Positions 1 through 9,415 of a DNA stretch of 37,619 bases are shown here, piece after piece. Origin of the DNA: Spirochaetaceae bacterium. Its GTDB lineage: Bacteria > Spirochaetota > Spirochaetia > DSM-27196 > SLST01. The stretch covers positions 1 through 37,619 of the forward strand of contig RECL01000266.1 of assembly GCA_007694025.1 (NCBI GenBank), written 5' to 3'. How positions within the stretch are numbered: the first letter of the stretch is position 1; each line of letters begins with the position of its first letter. The position numbers were made by a program, and so were the translations under genes. The notes under the pieces were generated by a model. That model was not told the origin of the DNA and did no database searches. It was given only the letters and a program-made list of their open reading frames with translations.

Positions 1-758
1 CGCTCGCCCTTGTGGTAGCCGATCGGGTACGCGGTGTCGTCGCCGACTTCGCTGTACAGCAGATCGAGCAGCCCGTTCTTGCTCTCGAACTTCTGCTTGC
101 CCAGGTAGAGCGACAGACCGCTGTTGAGGTACGCGTAGTTCCACAGCCGCTGCTCGATGAACTCGTGGTTGAACGTGAACTCACCGAAGATCTGTTCGTC
201 GGGCTCGAACTCGACGTACGTACCGTTCTTCTCGCTGCTCTTGCCCTTCTTCTCCGACACGAGCACGCCGCGCTCGAACCGCGCTTCGGCGTACCGGCCG
301 TCGCGGATCGCGACAACCCTGAACGCGCTCGACAGCGCGTTGACGGCCTTCGTTCCTACACCGTTGAGACCGACCGAGAACTGAAACACGTCGTCGTTGT
401 ACTTCGCGCCGGTGTTGATGATGCTGACGCATTCGACGACCTTGCCGAGCGGGATTCCGCGTCCGAAGTCGCGCACCTTCACCGTGCTCCCCGAGATGTC
501 GATCCGGATCGTCGATCCGGCGCCCATGATGTACTCGTCGACGCTGTTGTCGATCACTTCCTTCAGCAGGATATAGATCCCGTCGTCAAGGTTCGATCCA
601 TCACCAAGCCGACCGATGTACATCCCGGTACGCAGCCGGATGTGCTCGAGCGAACTGAGCGTCTTGATCTTGCTTTCGTCGTACGTTGCGGCGGCTGTGG
701 ATGACGCCGTATCCTGGACCTTACGGCGCGGTGCCGCGGCGGTTGCTCCCCTTCCCAT
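1..758 (-). CDS. parE: DNA topoisomerase IV subunit B (GyrB/ParE family), 3' end outside window
   Basis: Not in the ORF track; read by hand from ATG 758 (GAGG upstream): MGRGAT...YDESKIKTLSSLEHIRLRTGMYIGRLGDGSNLDDGIYILLKEVIDNSVDEYIMG, with later DFGRGIP and VGLNGVGTKAVNALS GHKL motifs. The RLGDGS..DDGIY form fits the spirochaete/Bacteroidota-type ParE. Confidence 0.88.
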   Translation of the reverse strand, partial: MGRGATAAAPRRKVQDTASSTAAATYDESKIKTLSSLEHIRLRTGMYIGRLGDGSNLDDGIYILLKEVIDNSVDEYIMGAGSTIRIDISGSTVKVRDFGRGIPLGKVVECVSIINTGAKYNDDVFQFSVGLNGVGTKAVNALSSAFRVVAIRDGRYAEARFERGVLVSEKKGKSSEKNGTYVEFEPDEQIFGEFTFNHEFIEQRLWNYAYLNSGLSLYLGKQKFESKNGLLDLLYSEVGDDTAYPIGYHKGE

Positions 759-807
759 TACAACCTCACCGTGACCTGCCTGCGAGAGGCGGGCTTTTGT
801 AAGCTAG

Positions 808-836
808 AGAGTACCACAGCGCACGGGCTTGATCAA
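808..836 (-). promoter_or_regulatory. Putative sigma70 promoter for parE
   Basis: TTGATC (836-831), 17 nt, TACTCT (813-808), with a TG extended -10. Confidence 0.55.
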
Positions 837-857
837 ATTGCCGCGGTAACCGACAAT
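829..857 (+). promoter_or_regulatory. Putative sigma70 promoter for the lipoprotein gene
   Basis: TTGATC (829-834), 17 nt, GACAAT (852-857), then 5 nt to ATG 863. Confidence 0.45.
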
Positions 858-862
858 CAGGC

Positions 863-1855
863 ATGGCAAGATCGTGCCGCGCGCGCGCGGCGGTATCGAT
901 GACGCGTCTCCTGGTTGCGGTTGTACTCGTCGTGGTCGCCGGCTGCGCGACGGTACCGCAGGCGCAGTTCGACGCGGCCGAGCAGCGGATCGCAGAACTC
1001 GAGGCGGAGAATACCGACCTGCGGGCGCGTCTGGCCGCCAACGAGCGCGCCCGCGACGCGCTCGTCGTCGATCTCAACCGGGCGAACAGCACGATCGCCG
1101 GCCTCCAGTCAGAACTGGAAGCGCTTGGTGCCGACCGTGCGCTCGCACTCGCGCAGCTTGGCAGCCTGCGCGAGGAACGCATCGAACTGATCGAACGGAT
1201 CGGATTGCTCGAGGACGAGGCAGTCGCGCTGCGCCTTGCCGCCGAGATAGAGAGCCCCCCGGAGGATTCGGCGAGCATCGCCCGATCACCCCAGGAACGC
1301 CTTACCGAAGCGCTCTCCGGGGGCGACGGGTTCAGACGCGTCGACCGGATCGGCCTTCAGAACGATCCGCGACTCGCGGCTCGCTTCGCGAATGCCGCGC
1401 CGGGAATAGCGGCCGACACGGCCGAAGACACGCCGCTGCTGTTCGACATAAGGCTCGACTACCGTCAGACCATTGTCTTCCTGACCATCCACGACCCGGC
1501 CGGCCGCGCACCGGAGCTTCGCGTCAACGTTCAGTACGTGTCGGATCGGGAACCGCTGCACATCCGCGCGGCGGTCCTGACTATCGAGGGGATCGACCCG
1601 GTCGCGCCGATCGAGCCGATCGTGCTATCTGAGCGAGTGATCCGAGAAACCGACGGGACGATTCTGCGCGAAGGTTTCGTCCTGCCGGCCGACCGGTCGA
1701 TCGTCGACCGGCTCGCGACGATCCTCACGGGTGGCCGATTCACGGTGACGATGCTCGGCACCACGCGCCAGGTCCAGCACCGACCGTCGACCGCCGAACG
1801 CGCAGCGATGTCGAACATCCTGTTCGCGTACCTCGACATCGGCGGCCTGCGTTAG
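863..1855 (+). CDS. Hypothetical lipoprotein with N-terminal coiled coil
   Basis: Hydrophobic stretch ending in lipobox LVVVAG-C, then about 100 aa of heptad-like sequence and a globular C-terminal domain. Start is 863 or 899. Confidence 0.75.
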   Translation: MARSCRARAAVSMTRLLVAVVLVVVAGCATVPQAQFDAAEQRIAELEAENTDLRARLAANERARDALVVDLNRANSTIAGLQSELEALGADRALALAQLGSLREERIELIERIGLLEDEAVALRLAAEIESPPEDSASIARSPQERLTEALSGGDGFRRVDRIGLQNDPRLAARFANAAPGIAADTAEDTPLLFDIRLDYRQTIVFLTIHDPAGRAPELRVNVQYVSDREPLHIRAAVLTIEGIDPVAPIEPIVLSERVIRETDGTILREGFVLPADRSIVDRLATILTGGRFTVTMLGTTRQVQHRPSTAERAAMSNILFAYLDIGGLR

Positions 1856-1869
1856 CCGGGCGGTTTGCG

Positions 1870-4380
1870 TTAGCCGGCTGCGACCGGCTCTTCCTGCTTC
1901 GCTTCGACGCGGCGCTTCTCACGGAAGCCGATCTTGCCGCTTCGCAACGTGACGACGATGTGACTACCCTCGCCGAATCGGGTGCGTAGCAGCTCCATCG
2001 CGAGCGGATCCTCGATCTCGCGCTGAATCGTCCGGCGAAGCGGTCGGGCGCCGAACTTCACGTCGTAGCCGACGTCGATCAGATGCTGCTTCGCCTTGCT
2101 CGTGACCTCGAGCACGATCTGCTTCTCCATCAACCTCTTCTGCACGTCCTCAAGCTCGATATCGAAGATCGACTCGACCTGGACGCGATTGAGGCTGTGA
2201 AACACGACGATCTCGTCGACGCGGTTGATGAACTCGGGACGGAAGAGTCGCTTCAGTTCGTTCATCGCGCTCGACTTGATGTCGCGGTAGTCCATGAGCC
2301 CTTCGAGCGTCTTGAACCCGACCGCCGAGTCCTGCGTGATCTCTCGCGCACCGGCGTTGCTCGTCATGATCAGAACCGTGTTGCGGAAACTCACCGTGTG
2401 GCCCAGGCTGTCCTGAAGCTGTCCTTCTTCAAGAACCTGCAGCAGGATGTTGAACACGTCGGGGTGCGCCTTTTCGATCTCATCGAACAGGACGACACTG
2501 TAGGGCTTGCGCCGGATTTTTTCGGTCAGCAAACCGCCCTCGTCGTAGCCGATGTAGCCCGGAGGTGCCCCGACGAGCCGGCTCACGTTGTGCTTCTCCA
2601 TGAAGTCCGACATGTCGATGCGAATCAGCGCGTCGTCGCTGCCGAACAGGAAGCGTGCGAGCGTCTTCGCGAGCAGTGTCTTGCCGACACCCGTCGGTCC
2701 AAGGAAGATGAACGACCCCATCGGGCGCTTCGGCGAAGAGAGTCCGGTGCGGCTGCGCCGGATCGAAGAGGAGATCGCCTCGATCGCCGGATCCTGTCCG
2801 ATCACGGTGCGGTGCAGTTCGTCCTCTATCTGGAGCAGCTTCTCGCTCTCGCTCTGCGCGATCCTTGACAACGGTATTCCGGTGATGTCTGAGAGCACGT
2901 ACTGGATGTCGTCGGAGTCGACGATGTTCTGCTCGGTCTTGAGCGTCACCTTCCACTCGCTCTTCATTTCTTCGACCTTGGTCTTCAGCTGCCGGACCTG
3001 GTCGCGAACAGCCGCTGCGCGCTCGTAGTTCTGCCCGTTGACCAGGCTGAGTTTTTCGGCGTTCAACCGCTCGATCTCCCGCTCGAGCTCGGCGAGTTCG
3101 GTAGGACGGACCGAGTTGTGGATCCGCTTGCGACTGCCGGCCTCGTCCATCAGATCGATCGCCTTGTCGGGAAGGAATCGGTCGGGCATGTAGCGCCTGG
3201 CGAGCGTCGCCGATACTTCGAGCGCACCCGGCGTGTACGAGACGTTGTGGTGCTCTTCGTAGCGCTCCTTGATCCCCTTGAGGATCTCAAGCGTCTGCTC
3301 GACCGTCGGCTCGTCGACGTAGATCGTCTGGAAGCGTCGTTCGAGCGCGGCGTCCTTTTCGACGTACTTCTTGTACTCGTTGAGCGTCGTCGCGCCGATG
3401 CACTGGATTTCGCCACGCGACAGCGCGGGCTTGAGCATGTTGCTCGCGTCGATCGCACCCTCGGCACCACCGGCGCCAATGATCGTGTGCAGCTCGTCTA
3501 TGAACAGTACGATGTTTCCGGCGGTGATGATCTCCTTCATCACGCGCTTGAGGCGCTCCTCGAACTCGCCGCGGTACTTCGTGCCGGCGATCAGCGATGC
3601 CAGGTCGAGCGTCATCACGCGCTTGCCGATCAGAACCTCCGGCGCGGTGCCGTCGACGATGCTCTGCGCGAGACCTTCGACGATCGCGGTCTTGCCTACT
3701 CCGGGCTCACCGATGAGAACCGGGTTGTTCTTGGTACGTCGCGCAAGGATCTGGATTACGCGCTGGATCTCTTTCGCGCGCCCGACAACGGGGTCGAGCT
3801 TGTCCTCGCGCGCGTACTGCGTCAGATCGCGGGAGAACTCATCGAGCGTCGGCGTCGTCTTCTTGTTCGCACCGACCGTCGTGGACGCCTTGCGCTTGGC
3901 CTGCGCGGTTCGCGTGGCTGGAGCGGTGGCGGTCGTCTGCGTCGAACCGCTGAGATCGGAGATCAGCTCGCGGAGCGTTTCCACGGTGCACCCGTGTTCC
4001 CCAAGAAACCGGGCGGTCACGCTGTCGGCTTCGCGCGAGCACGCGAGCAGAAGGTGTTCGGTGCCGATGTACTCGTGGCCCAGGTTGCGGGCCTCTTCGG
4101 CGCTGTCTTCCAGAACCTTCTTGCCGCGCGAACTAGGCGGTACGTCGCCCAGGATGAACCCGCCGCGCTTGCGTGGAATCTCCTTCTCGATGTCGATCTG
4201 CATCCGTGCGGGGTCGATCCCGGCCCGCTCGAGCGCCTTGTACCCGAGCCCACCGCCCTCCTTCAGGAGGGCAAGCATGATGTGCTCCGGAAGCAGCTGA
4301 TCGGAGTGGAAGCGCTTGGCCTCATCCTGCGCGAGTATCGTCAGAACCTTTTGAGCGCGTTGTGTCAAACCCTTGAACAT
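1870..4380 (-). CDS. clpC: ATP-dependent Clp protease ATP-binding subunit ClpC
   Basis: Start [10 protein letters not shown] at 4380 with GGGAGG SD. Double Clp-N repeat, Walker A GEPGVGKT and [11 protein letters not shown] middle domain ([10 protein letters not shown]), VGF ClpP-docking loop, GARPLRR. Confidence 0.97.
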   Translation of the reverse strand: MFKGLTQRAQKVLTILAQDEAKRFHSDQLLPEHIMLALLKEGGGLGYKALERAGIDPARMQIDIEKEIPRKRGGFILGDVPPSSRGKKVLEDSAEEARNLGHEYIGTEHLLLACSREADSVTARFLGEHGCTVETLRELISDLSGSTQTTATAPATRTAQAKRKASTTVGANKKTTPTLDEFSRDLTQYAREDKLDPVVGRAKEIQRVIQILARRTKNNPVLIGEPGVGKTAIVEGLAQSIVDGTAPEVLIGKRVMTLDLASLIAGTKYRGEFEERLKRVMKEIITAGNIVLFIDELHTIIGAGGAEGAIDASNMLKPALSRGEIQCIGATTLNEYKKYVEKDAALERRFQTIYVDEPTVEQTLEILKGIKERYEEHHNVSYTPGALEVSATLARRYMPDRFLPDKAIDLMDEAGSRKRIHNSVRPTELAELEREIERLNAEKLSLVNGQNYERAAAVRDQVRQLKTKVEEMKSEWKVTLKTEQNIVDSDDIQYVLSDITGIPLSRIAQSESEKLLQIEDELHRTVIGQDPAIEAISSSIRRSRTGLSSPKRPMGSFIFLGPTGVGKTLLAKTLARFLFGSDDALIRIDMSDFMEKHNVSRLVGAPPGYIGYDEGGLLTEKIRRKPYSVVLFDEIEKAHPDVFNILLQVLEEGQLQDSLGHTVSFRNTVLIMTSNAGAREITQDSAVGFKTLEGLMDYRDIKSSAMNELKRLFRPEFINRVDEIVVFHSLNRVQVESIFDIELEDVQKRLMEKQIVLEVTSKAKQHLIDVGYDVKFGARPLRRTIQREIEDPLAMELLRTRFGEGSHIVVTLRSGKIGFREKRRVEAKQEEPVAAG

Positions 4381-4393
4381 AAACCCTCCCAGC

Positions 4394-5461
4394 TCAATGA
4401 GCGTGGCAGTCGGCGAGCAGCTCGCGAACGACGCTCGCACGGACCTCGTCGGTGTCTGTATCGTCCTCTCCCGATTCCGGTCGACGCGGTCCCCGACTAC
4501 CACTAATATGGCTATCCTTGCCCAGAAAAAAAAGGGTTGCCAAAAGAGCAGGAGAATAGCCGCCGAAGAGTCCGGCGACGGAAGCGAAGCGCAGGTCGCT
4601 CGCAAGGAGCGCGGTCTGCTCGCGCGAGAGCGTTTCGCTGGTCTGCAGTTCATGGTGCGCGCGTTCGGCGCGCTCGCGGATCTCATCGGCCTGCGTTGCG
4701 GCAATCTGGTCGCGCGCGCGGCGTTCGAGCGCGACGAGCCGCCGGGCGCACGCGTCGACACGCTCGACGATCGCCGATTCGTCGAGCCCGAAGGTGATCC
4801 GGTTACGAAGCACGAACAGGCCGCTACGCGGAGCAGCCATGCTCGGCATTTCGCAGCCGATACGGCCGAGTCGACCGAGAATCCGGCCGATCCGTTTCCG
4901 ACTCAGAAGCCCGGGGAGGTGCAGCACGACCGACGCACGAAGCGCGGTACCGACTTCGGCGATTCGCGACGACAGATACCCGAGGTCCATCGAAACCGCG
5001 TAGTGGAGCGACTCTTCGAGCCGGATATCCGCATCGACCACGCGCTGCACGCAGGCGGTTACCGCGCGTCCCGGCGCGGTACACAGCAGTCGCAGGTGGT
5101 CTTCTCCGCCGACCACCGCGACGAACCGCTCGTCTGACGACAGGAAGACCGAATCGGCCTGCGTACCGTCGACGATTCCTCGCTCCGCGAGCCTGATTCG
5201 ATCGCTGTCGCAGATCGATCGGTCGGTCAGCAGGGTGTACGGCTCCCCGAAAAGCTCTGTTGCGGTCGCGCGAAGCACGGTGTCGACCGTCTCAAGCGCG
5301 TCGCGATACCCGCAGGTCGGCTCGGCGTCGAGAAAAGGATACCCCGACAGGTTGCGCGCGACCTGCACCCGCGACGCGATCGCGACGTCGGAGTCGGTCG
5401 CATCGTCACAGACCCACGGTACGGCCGGCGGAAGCGGCGTACTTCGCGTAGTCACGGTCAC
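4394..5461 (-). CDS. mcsB: McsB-family ATP:guanido phosphotransferase (protein-arginine kinase homologue, degenerate motifs)
   Basis: SRVQVARN, EDHLR and GYL...VGTALRASVVLHLP motifs; lies between mcsA and clpC; GTG start overlaps the mcsA TGA. Confidence 0.85.
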   Translation of the reverse strand: MTVTTRSTPLPPAVPWVCDDATDSDVAIASRVQVARNLSGYPFLDAEPTCGYRDALETVDTVLRATATELFGEPYTLLTDRSICDSDRIRLAERGIVDGTQADSVFLSSDERFVAVVGGEDHLRLLCTAPGRAVTACVQRVVDADIRLEESLHYAVSMDLGYLSSRIAEVGTALRASVVLHLPGLLSRKRIGRILGRLGRIGCEMPSMAAPRSGLFVLRNRITFGLDESAIVERVDACARRLVALERRARDQIAATQADEIRERAERAHHELQTSETLSREQTALLASDLRFASVAGLFGGYSPALLATLFFLGKDSHISGSRGPRRPESGEDDTDTDEVRASVVRELLADCHAH

Positions 5462-5958
5462 CGCTCTCCCGGGTCGGTCAGACGATCGCGAATCCGGGCG
5501 GCGCGCTCGTAGTCTTCGTGGTCGACGGCGTCGCGCAGCTCCTCGAGTCGGGTTTCACGGTCGATCAGCAGACCGCGGTACACCTCGACACGCCGCGGCA
5601 GACGCCCGCGGTGCACGATCTGGGGCTCTCCACCCGAGTGCGCGCCGCAGCTGTGCGTCAGCAGCTCGTAGATCTGGCTCCGGTACGTGTGGTAGCAATC
5701 GGGGCAGCCGACGGCGCCTCGCTCGCGAATCTGTCGGAACGACGTGCCGCAGCTGCAGCTCGTGGCCGCCTGCGTCGCGATGAGACCGCTCAGGAGCTCG
5801 CGAACGGTCGGCCCGTAGGTCGGATCTCCCGGTGTCACGCCGAGCGCCTCCGCACAACGCGCGCACAGCCACAGCTCATCGTATTCGCTTCCCCGCGTCT
5901 GGTAGGTCTGGACCCAACCGGGTCCTTCCCCACAGACGTCGCACTGCCTGCCACTCAT
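5458..5958 (-). CDS. mcsA: McsA zinc-finger/UVR-domain protein
   Basis: CDVC, CARC, CSCG and GCPDCY motifs, HRGRLP, C-terminal UVR (AVDHEDYERAARIRDRL). Start placed at ATG 5958. Confidence 0.9.
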   Translation of the reverse strand: MSGRQCDVCGEGPGWVQTYQTRGSEYDELWLCARCAEALGVTPGDPTYGPTVRELLSGLIATQAATSCSCGTSFRQIRERGAVGCPDCYHTYRSQIYELLTHSCGAHSGGEPQIVHRGRLPRRVEVYRGLLIDRETRLEELRDAVDHEDYERAARIRDRLTDPGER

Positions 5959-5965
5959 CGACTCT

Positions 5966-5974
5966 ATAGTAGCA
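5966..5974 (-). promoter_or_regulatory. Extended -10 element for mcsA-mcsB-clpC
   Basis: TG-C-TACTAT, 7 nt upstream of ATG 5958; no SD visible. Confidence 0.5.
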
Positions 5975-6029
5975 AAAAGCCGAACTCTCTGCTCGCGCTT
6001 TCCCACGGGCTCGCAGAAAAAGGGGCAGA

Positions 6030-7325
6030 TCAGCTCCCGCCGGCCGGCTCCCCCGGTTCGAGCCGCGCGACTCCGAGTCGGTCGGCGAGCACGCGTGGCA
6101 GCACGACCGATCCATCGGACTGCTGCCCCTGCTCGACAATAGCGGGCAGGATGCGGCTGGTCGCAAGACCGCTCGCGTTCAGCGAGTGAACGTACTCGAT
6201 CCGGCGATCGCCCCGTCTGAACCGGATATTGCCGCGTCGAGCCTGGTAATCAGCGGCGTTCGACGCCGAACTGACCTCTTTGTACTCGCCCATGCTCGGT
6301 ATCCAGACTTCGATGTCGTACGTCTTGGCCATCGCCGCCGAAGCGTCGCCGGCGGCAAGCCTGCTGACGCGATAGTGAAGACCAAGCCCCTGCACGAGCG
6401 CCTCTGCCTTCGCGATCAGCTCGTCGAGCGCGGTCTCTGAGGTTTCGGGCGTCGTGAACTGGAACATCTCGACCTTGTTGAACTGGTGTCCGCGGATCAT
6501 CCCGCGCTCCTGCGCGCGGTAGCTGCCGGCCTCCTTGCGATAGCACGGCGTGTAGGCGAAGTACTTGCTCGGCAGCTCGTCCTCTGAAAGGATCTCGTCG
6601 CGGTGGAAGTTGATCAGAGCGGTCTCCGCGGTCGGAAGGATGAAGTGCGTGAACGAATCGTCGTCACCGCGTAGCTGAAAGACGTCGTCCTCGAACTTCG
6701 GGAACTGGCCCGCGGTGAACCCGCACTGGTACGTGAGCAGGTGCGGGGGGAGGATGAACTCGTATCCATCGGCCAGGTGCGTATCGATGAAATAGCTCAG
6801 AAGCGCCCACTCCAGCCGCGACCCGATCCCGCGGTAGAGCCAGAAGCCGTTTCCGCCCATCTTGACGCCGCGCTCGTAGTCGACAAGGCCAAGCGACGTG
6901 ACGAGCGACACGTGATCGAGCGGTTCGAACGCAAACGACGGCTTGTCGCCCCACGTCCGGAGCACTTCGTTCGCCTCCTTGCCGCCGGCAGGGACGTCGT
7001 CGGAGGGAAGGTTCGGCAGCCGGGCAAGCTCGTCGTGTATCGCGTCGTCCAGAACCCGGATCTCGGCGTCCATCGACTTGATCGTCGCGGATACCTCCTT
7101 CATCTCGGCGAGCAGACCGTCGACGTCTTCGCCCGCCTTCTTGAGGACGGGTATATCTGCGGAGACCTGATTCCGTCGAGCCTTCAGGGCTTCGACCGAC
7201 GTTACAAACTCGCGGCGCTTTGCGTCGTTGGCAACCAGCCGGGACAGGTCGACGTGCTCCATGCGCTTGCGAAGCGCCGCTTCCACGGCTGGCCGGTTGG
7301 TTCGGATCAGGTTCAGGTCAAGCAT
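6030..7325 (-). CDS. serS: Serine--tRNA ligase
   Basis: MLDLNLIR start, N-terminal coiled arm, LPTAET, YRKEAGS, RGHQFNKVEMF, EVSSASN, LNASGLATSR. Confidence 0.97.
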   Translation of the reverse strand: MLDLNLIRTNRPAVEAALRKRMEHVDLSRLVANDAKRREFVTSVEALKARRNQVSADIPVLKKAGEDVDGLLAEMKEVSATIKSMDAEIRVLDDAIHDELARLPNLPSDDVPAGGKEANEVLRTWGDKPSFAFEPLDHVSLVTSLGLVDYERGVKMGGNGFWLYRGIGSRLEWALLSYFIDTHLADGYEFILPPHLLTYQCGFTAGQFPKFEDDVFQLRGDDDSFTHFILPTAETALINFHRDEILSEDELPSKYFAYTPCYRKEAGSYRAQERGMIRGHQFNKVEMFQFTTPETSETALDELIAKAEALVQGLGLHYRVSRLAAGDASAAMAKTYDIEVWIPSMGEYKEVSSASNAADYQARRGNIRFRRGDRRIEYVHSLNASGLATSRILPAIVEQGQQSDGSVVLPRVLADRLGVARLEPGEPAGGS

Positions 7326-7373
7326 TGGTACTCCGGCCCACAGCATATCGAAGCGCAGCGCGGCCGTCCATGC

Positions 7374-8729
7374 TCAGTGCTTGCGCAACACCTCCAGCGG
7401 CCGGATCCGCGACGCGCGCTGCGCGGGAAACCACGCGGCAGCGGTCGACAGCAGGATCGTAAGGAACGCGACGAGCAGCACGTCGGCAAACCGGATCGCG
7501 ATCGGAATGTGCTCGATGTAGAACTCGGGCGACAGGAGTTCGATCGTACCGCCGGGCAGGTCGACGAGCGGAGCGATAATCCATCGGGCAGCCGACGCCG
7601 ACGCGTTCAGCACCCACTCGATCCCGTAGAGCACTTCGTTGATGTTCACCGCGACCAACAGGCCGACCGACAGACCAACGGCCGCGCCGAGCGTCCCGAG
7701 CACGAAGCCGCAGACGATGAACACGCGCCGGATCGCCCCGGGGGAGGCACCCATGCTCTTGAGAACCGCGATCTCCTCCTGCTTCTCGAGTACGAGCATC
7801 ACAAGCGTCGACGAGATGTTGACCGCGGCGACCACGACGATCAGAACCATGATGAACACGAGAAGATCCTTCGTGGTCTTGAAGCTCATGAACTGCGCGC
7901 GGTTCGACTCGAACCACGTCACGACGCGAAACCGGTCGCCGAACAGCGTGCGAAGCTCGGTGAGCGCCGCCTGCGCGCGCTCGCGGTCGGCCCGCGCTCG
8001 TGAAGAGAAGATCGGGTTCGGAAGGTCGAGCGGCGAGTCCATCTTGACGCCGACGATCAGCCGCGAGCTCTCTTCGGGCAGGATAGCCGTTCCGCGGTCG
8101 AACGGTATGAAGACCCACAGCCGATCGAGGTCCGCGTACCCGGCCGACACGATCCCCCGAACGACGAAGGAGCTGCTGCGCGGCAGGAATCTGCCCGATG
8201 CGAGCTGCCGCGCGGTCAGGATCCGCACGGTGTCACCAACCGTGACATCGAGCCGACGCGCAACGTACTCTCCCACGACGATGCTGTCCGGCGAATCGAG
8301 ATCCCACGCGCCCGACCGGACCTCCAGGTAGCGACGCAGCCCGGGATCGCGCGCGTACAGGTCGGGCTCGACCGCCCTGATCGTGACGGCGGTTCGCGTG
8401 TCGGCCCCGGCCGCCAGACCGATTCCCTGGCGTTCGGCGACGACGAGCCGTACACCATCGACCGACCGGGCTGAGGCGAGTGACGAGTCAAGCCCGTCGA
8501 AGGCGCCCGGCGACCGGGAGATACCCTGGATATGGTAGCTTCCGGTCTCCAGGTAGCGCGTCGTGATGCCGGCGATCATCCCGTCGGCCACCTGGAGCAC
8601 GACGACAAGCGGTATCAGACTGAGACCGACGCCGATCACGCCGCCGCGCGTTCGTCGCGAAAATACGCTGACTCGACGACCGCCGAACAGAAAGCGGCGT
8701 GCGAGCGCGATCGTGGCTCGTACGGTCAT
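7374..8729 (-). CDS. lolE: LolC/E-family ABC permease
   Basis: N-terminal TM, periplasmic domain and FtsX-type C-terminus (EKQEEIAVLKSMGAS, FPAQRASRIRPLEVLR). C versus E assigned by gene order only. Confidence 0.85.
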   Translation of the reverse strand: MTVRATIALARRFLFGGRRVSVFSRRTRGGVIGVGLSLIPLVVVLQVADGMIAGITTRYLETGSYHIQGISRSPGAFDGLDSSLASARSVDGVRLVVAERQGIGLAAGADTRTAVTIRAVEPDLYARDPGLRRYLEVRSGAWDLDSPDSIVVGEYVARRLDVTVGDTVRILTARQLASGRFLPRSSSFVVRGIVSAGYADLDRLWVFIPFDRGTAILPEESSRLIVGVKMDSPLDLPNPIFSSRARADRERAQAALTELRTLFGDRFRVVTWFESNRAQFMSFKTTKDLLVFIMVLIVVVAAVNISSTLVMLVLEKQEEIAVLKSMGASPGAIRRVFIVCGFVLGTLGAAVGLSVGLLVAVNINEVLYGIEWVLNASASAARWIIAPLVDLPGGTIELLSPEFYIEHIPIAIRFADVLLVAFLTILLSTAAAWFPAQRASRIRPLEVLRKH

Positions 8730-9415
8730 GCCGGCCCGGGCGCCCCTCTCCCAAGCACTCCCCGCTCGAGCACGTAGCGCGAATCGCCAAGCGCCGACAG
8801 CCGCTCATCGTGGGTTACCAGAACGAGCGTCGTCGCGTGCTCGCGAACAACCGTGAACAGAACTTCTTCGACGAGGGCGCTGTTGGCCGCGTCCAGGTTG
8901 CCCGTTGGCTCATCTGCAAGCAGCAGCCTCGGGTTGTTGATCAGCGCCCGGGCGAGCGCCGCGCGCTGGCGTTCACCGCCTGATAGCTGCGACGGAAAGT
9001 GGTGGAGCCGCTCCGACAGCCCGACTTCACCGAGCAGCTGCTCTGCGCGCTCCACTGCGTCGGCGCGCGGCTGTCCGCGCATGAACGCCGGGAGCATCAC
9101 GTTCTCAAGCGCCGTGAAGTCCTTCAGCAGGTGATGAAACTGGAAGATCAGACCCAGACTCGTGCTGCGATAGTCGGTAAGCTCGTCCTCCGACATCGCG
9201 TCCACGCGGTAGCCGCATGACTCGATCGTACCGGAGGAGACGCGGTCGAGCCCTCCAATCAGGTTCAGTAACGTGCTTTTACCGCTACCCGACGCACCGG
9301 TGACGACGTGTATACCGGCCTCGGAGAGCTCAAGATCGACGGTGTCCAGGACCCTGATCGTGGACTCCCCGCTCGCGTATTCCTTGGTGACCGACTTCAG
9401 CGCGACAATGCTCAT
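8726..9415 (-). CDS. lolD: LolD-family ABC ATP-binding protein
   Basis: GASGSGKST, FQFHHLL, LSGGERQR, LLADEPTGNLD, VTHD. Confidence 0.92.
   Translation of the reverse strand: MSIVALKSVTKEYASGESTIRVLDTVDLELSEAGIHVVTGASGSGKSTLLNLIGGLDRVSSGTIESCGYRVDAMSEDELTDYRSTSLGLIFQFHHLLKDFTALENVMLPAFMRGQPRADAVERAEQLLGEVGLSERLHHFPSQLSGGERQRAALARALINNPRLLLADEPTGNLDAANSALVEEVLFTVVREHATTLVLVTHDERLSALGDSRYVLERGVLGRGAPGPA

Noticed and set aside
12-704. 230-aa + strand ORF, and other long antisense ORFs (2083-2868, 3118-4506, 6741-8003)
   Set aside because: Antisense shadows of parE, clpC, serS and lolE, expected in high-GC DNA; no motifs of their own.
4381-4761. N-terminal extension of ClpC in the ORF track
   Set aside because: Overlaps mcsB; the SD and homology start at 4380.
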